A stretch of 64,000 nt of DNA from Tubulanus polymorphus (taxonomy: Eukaryota; Animalia; Nemertea), in NCBI RefSeq assembly GCF_964204645.1, contig NC_134036.1:9837859-9901858 (forward strand), given 5' to 3'. A program made the translations under genes and the position numbers. The notes under the pieces were generated by a model. That model searched no databases. It was not told the origin of the DNA and was given only the letters and a program-made list of their open reading frames with translations. How positions within the stretch are numbered: the stretch's first letter is position 1; each line of letters starts with the position of its first letter. Below, in pieces: positions 60,647 through 64,000 of this stretch.

Positions 60647-61502
60647 CACAGGGGTTTGGCGATGGGCTTGAATTTTATTTCCGGGTTGTTGATAATCTCG
60701 CGGGAATGGCGCTAAATATGAACTGCGAATAAATTCAAAATATCACGGAAATACCTTGTGTTTATATTGTTTATTAATACGCTATAAAGTTTCGATAAAC
60801 AATTGGTTGTTAAGAATCATTATCAGACGGTCGTCACGCTTTACTAAATAAAATCACAAGGGATGAAACACATGGCTAATTAGCATATCCAGGTCATCCA
60901 TCCGATTTGAGAAAAAGCTATTTTTCCTTGACTTTGCACAATTGTCAATTATATTTTCTGTAGTGCAAATAAAAATTCCTTCACAGGGGTTGGAGAATGG
61001 ATAATGCTCTAATGAATGATTTGTATGAATATATGCTCAGTTGCACAAAGAGCCTTTCATCTGGAAACCATGTCATTTAAATTCGCTCCATTTGTTTAGT
61101 AATAGACTCAGCCTATGGCTGGCCTAAAAAAGACTTAATCTCGAAAGAGTCGCTTCTACACTCATCTCAAATAAACTGACTAAAGGTTTTTGATAATTAA
61201 TATTCAAACACTATAACTAGGGGTCCAGGGACACCATGTCCACTTAGAAAGTGGTTTTAATTGCTCAACTATCTAACAATTTCAATATTCAACACCCCCT
61301 GGTGACCATATTCAAAAACCAATGACCTCAAAACTCACCAATCATAGAACATGTCAGCAGCTACGATTTTGTAATTGATTGTGATAACAAAATAAGCCTC
61401 ATTACCAATATACTAGGCCTATGGAAATACTAGGAGTCATTTCTATACTAGTATAAAATGCGTATAACTAAAAAAAAACTTTAGGACTCAGTAACGACTT
61501 AC

Positions 61503-61600
61503 CTATTTCATGGCTGACAACTTGCACGTCGAAATTGTGTTTTGGGAGAGGTGACAAGACCTTTTCCCTTCCGATCTTTTTGATCTCCTCATTGTTTATT
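61503..61600 (-). CDS. Candidate 98-nt internal exon of an unidentified gene
   Basis: cattttcag| ... |gtaagt, with a single open frame INNEEIKKIGREKVLSPLPKHNFDVQVVSHEI. Homologous decayed copies lie in each satellite spacer. Confidence 0.4.
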
Positions 61601-62229
61601 CTGAAAATGTAAAAAAAATTGATTTAGCATAGGCGCCTTAATGATAACGATGGAAATTACAAAATTGCATTGAGCTTCATGATGGTCAATCTTCATATAG
61701 GCCTACATGTAGGCCTACCAATATAGGCCGAAGTGCACAACATTGTTCATACAGAAGGAAATCAAATGAGACTTCCTCATAGTTACTTATCAAACTGCCA
61801 GAGCCATGAGAGCAGATACTGTGCTTAATTGAAACCATAATCTTAGAACATGTCACAAGCTTACAATTTAACAATTGATTGTGGAAACAAAATTGTGATC
61901 GAAATTCAACAGAGGTCATTTTCAAGACTGATGACACTTAAGATGGTGGCCAATTGCACGATAATTGACTGATTGCAAAAGCGCTCTAATATGATCTCTT
62001 CTCAAAGAATATCCATTACGGTGCAGATTCTAATAAAAAATGCAAAACCACTAGGAAGCTGCTGTCTCAGCATTCAGAGCAAAATTGACCTTTTTGGGCA
62101 AATGACCACCACCACACATCCACTCGACTCAATTTGCCTTATGCTGATGGGCCTTGGGGGGATACAATTATCGCTGAAAGATTAAGACAAACGATGAATC
62201 GATTTCAACATTTGCCTTGAAAACATCAA

Positions 62230-62580
62230 AAATGTTTAAAAAGTGCTGATTTCAGTGAACAAAATGGCCACCAGTTGGCCATCTTGTTTCTGACCGTGCC
62301 AATTTTTTCGACTGAAGATGTACTTACGGTAGGCCTAGATGCATGTTGAATTTCAATTCCTAAACGATCAATTGAAACTTCTTCCAATTCTTAAATAGCT
62401 GGAGTCCAACTATTGACCCGCATAGGCCTAAGCACAAACGAAAACTTTAAGTGAACGCAATAAACTCAAGTCCAAGTGGTCTAAAAACTACTGAAAAGTG
62501 CGGATTTCGGCAAACAACAATGGCTGCCAGTCGCCCATCTTGAATATGATCGGGCCAGTTTTTAGGCTGCAGATGGTGTC
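62230..62580. repeat. Two diverged direct-repeat units, probably internal to a non-autonomous TE
   Basis: aaaagtgc.gatttc.g..aac..aatggc..ccagt.g.ccatcttg occurs at ~62240 and ~62495. Confidence 0.55.
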
Positions 62581-62675
62581 GGTTCAACTCCGGATTAGGT
62601 CAATATAGTTATGTCATGGTGGGTTTTCTTTTATGAAGTGAGTGGTTCGGTTCCTGATTTTCGAACGATTCTGCT

Positions 62676-63230
62676 CCTCGACAATGTCTTCAATCTAATT
62701 GTCGACCGATTCTACCTGTCGACCAATTCTACTGTCGACAATGTCTACAATCTGATTGTCGACCAATTCTAGCCTATCCGTCGACAGTGTCTACAATCTG
62801 ACTGTCGTCCGATTCTACTCATCGACAATGTCAACAATCCTGATTGACTGTTAATCAAATGATTGCAGACAGTGTTGACGAGTAGAATTGGTCGACAAAT
62901 TTTGGCTGATTCTACTCATCGACATTGTCTACAATCCTGATTCTTACCAATTCTTCTCGTCGACACTGTCTGCAATCCTGACTGTAAATCAATTTCTGTG
63001 TGTAAGGCTGTGTGTGTGTGTGTGTGTGGATTAACCTTATAGGGTCTATAAAGTGGCTGGGATCGAGGGTCACCTACCTCCATCAGTTGATTTTCACAAT
63101 CAGGGTTGTAAACATTGTCGACGAGTAGAATTGGTCGTCAATCAGGATTGTAGACATTTTCGTCGAGTACAATCAGTCACCAATCAGATTAATGAATAGA
63201 CAAGAACGATCAGCCGACAAACAGGATTTT
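62676..63230. repeat. ~40-bp GTCGAC-rich minisatellite in mixed orientation flanking a (GT)n core
   Basis: Unit tcgacaatgtctacaatcctgattgtcgaccaattctactc is forward at 62676-62990, reversed at ~62860-62900 and 63095-63230. (GT)n at ~63009-63028. Confidence 0.8.
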
Positions 63231-64000
63231 AGAACTAGGCCTAGGGCTAGGCCTATTTAAGATAGACTTGACTTCGACTGTAGGCCTATTTCGATGCTTA
63301 TGCCTACCCAGAAAATTAAGTGATAGGCCTATAGGTATCCCAAAAAGATCACTGCCAATCGAAAACAAATAGACTTTAGGTTACAATAATGGGATCCGAT
63401 ACGGCAAGCAACATTGCGGCTTACTTGATAGCCGGTACCCACTCTCTCACTCTCTTCTCTACTTTACTAGATAGAATTAGATTGAGGATAATCTCTTCTT
63501 CTTACCAAAAAAGGCCTCGGCGAATTCGGCCCTAAATGGGGAATAATTGCTTTCTCAAGGTACCACGGACCACCGGTTCGGATGAAAGACGTTTTTACAT
63601 TACATGAATAAGAAGAGACACTTCTAACCTACCTGCGATTAGGCCTACCAACGAAATTTAGCAAAATTCAGGGAGAACAGCTGCCGCCATTATCAACGGT
63701 TTGGTGATCAATTCAATTCAATTCACCGGCTCTGATTCGAGTTATCCGACTTCGTTCTTAGGTGCTACATTTTCTTCACACCGCTTTGTTGGAAAACGTA
63801 GATCGTTGTAGGGTAATTTAGACGCTGAAAACTTTTTAGAACTGCGTGAGTGACAGCTTAATTTTAGAACTATTTTCATAGCGCATGACGACCTACTAGA
63901 GTAGTGCGCCGCCAAGTTCGAGATTCGGCCGCTAGAGGCACCACCGCACGATGCGATGTATATATTTTCGGTATGAAACTCGATTACGCGAACTACCCTA

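Overview
AT-rich, intron-containing animal (invertebrate) genomic DNA with no prokaryotic features. It has three zones. (1) 1-33 kb is a nested pile-up of transposable elements. It holds six Polinton/Maverick (adintovirus-like) fragments: four copies of a protein-primed PolB in two subfamilies, an rve integrase with chromodomain, an A32-like packaging ATPase, a stand-alone HNH/endonuclease-VII-like gene and conserved small ORFs. No capsid or separate maturation-protease gene is visible. The zone also holds LINE RT, Harbinger, MULE-SWIM and CACTG-end fragments, and an Academ-like DDE element with HIRAN- and PHD-domain companion genes. Host sequence is limited to one intact single-exon class A GPCR and a decayed WSC-domain gene. 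(2) 33-39 kb is non-coding. (3) 39-60.6 kb is a ~89-bp satellite with higher-order structure, punctuated by repeated spacers that carry copies of a minus-strand exon. Main observation: five Polinton termini share an invariantly spaced origin-like motif, AGTAAT-N13-KTTCAYACCARAG. Three of them are fold-back hairpins of 146-406 bp. The arms of each hairpin co-vary within a copy but keep the same two mismatches in all three copies (outer arm ATACC..GGTCGA, inner arm ATATC..GGTTGA). The same hairpin plus leader precedes both the EndoVII-containing PolB and a stand-alone HNH/EndoVII-like nuclease gene. All coordinates and identities were read by eye.
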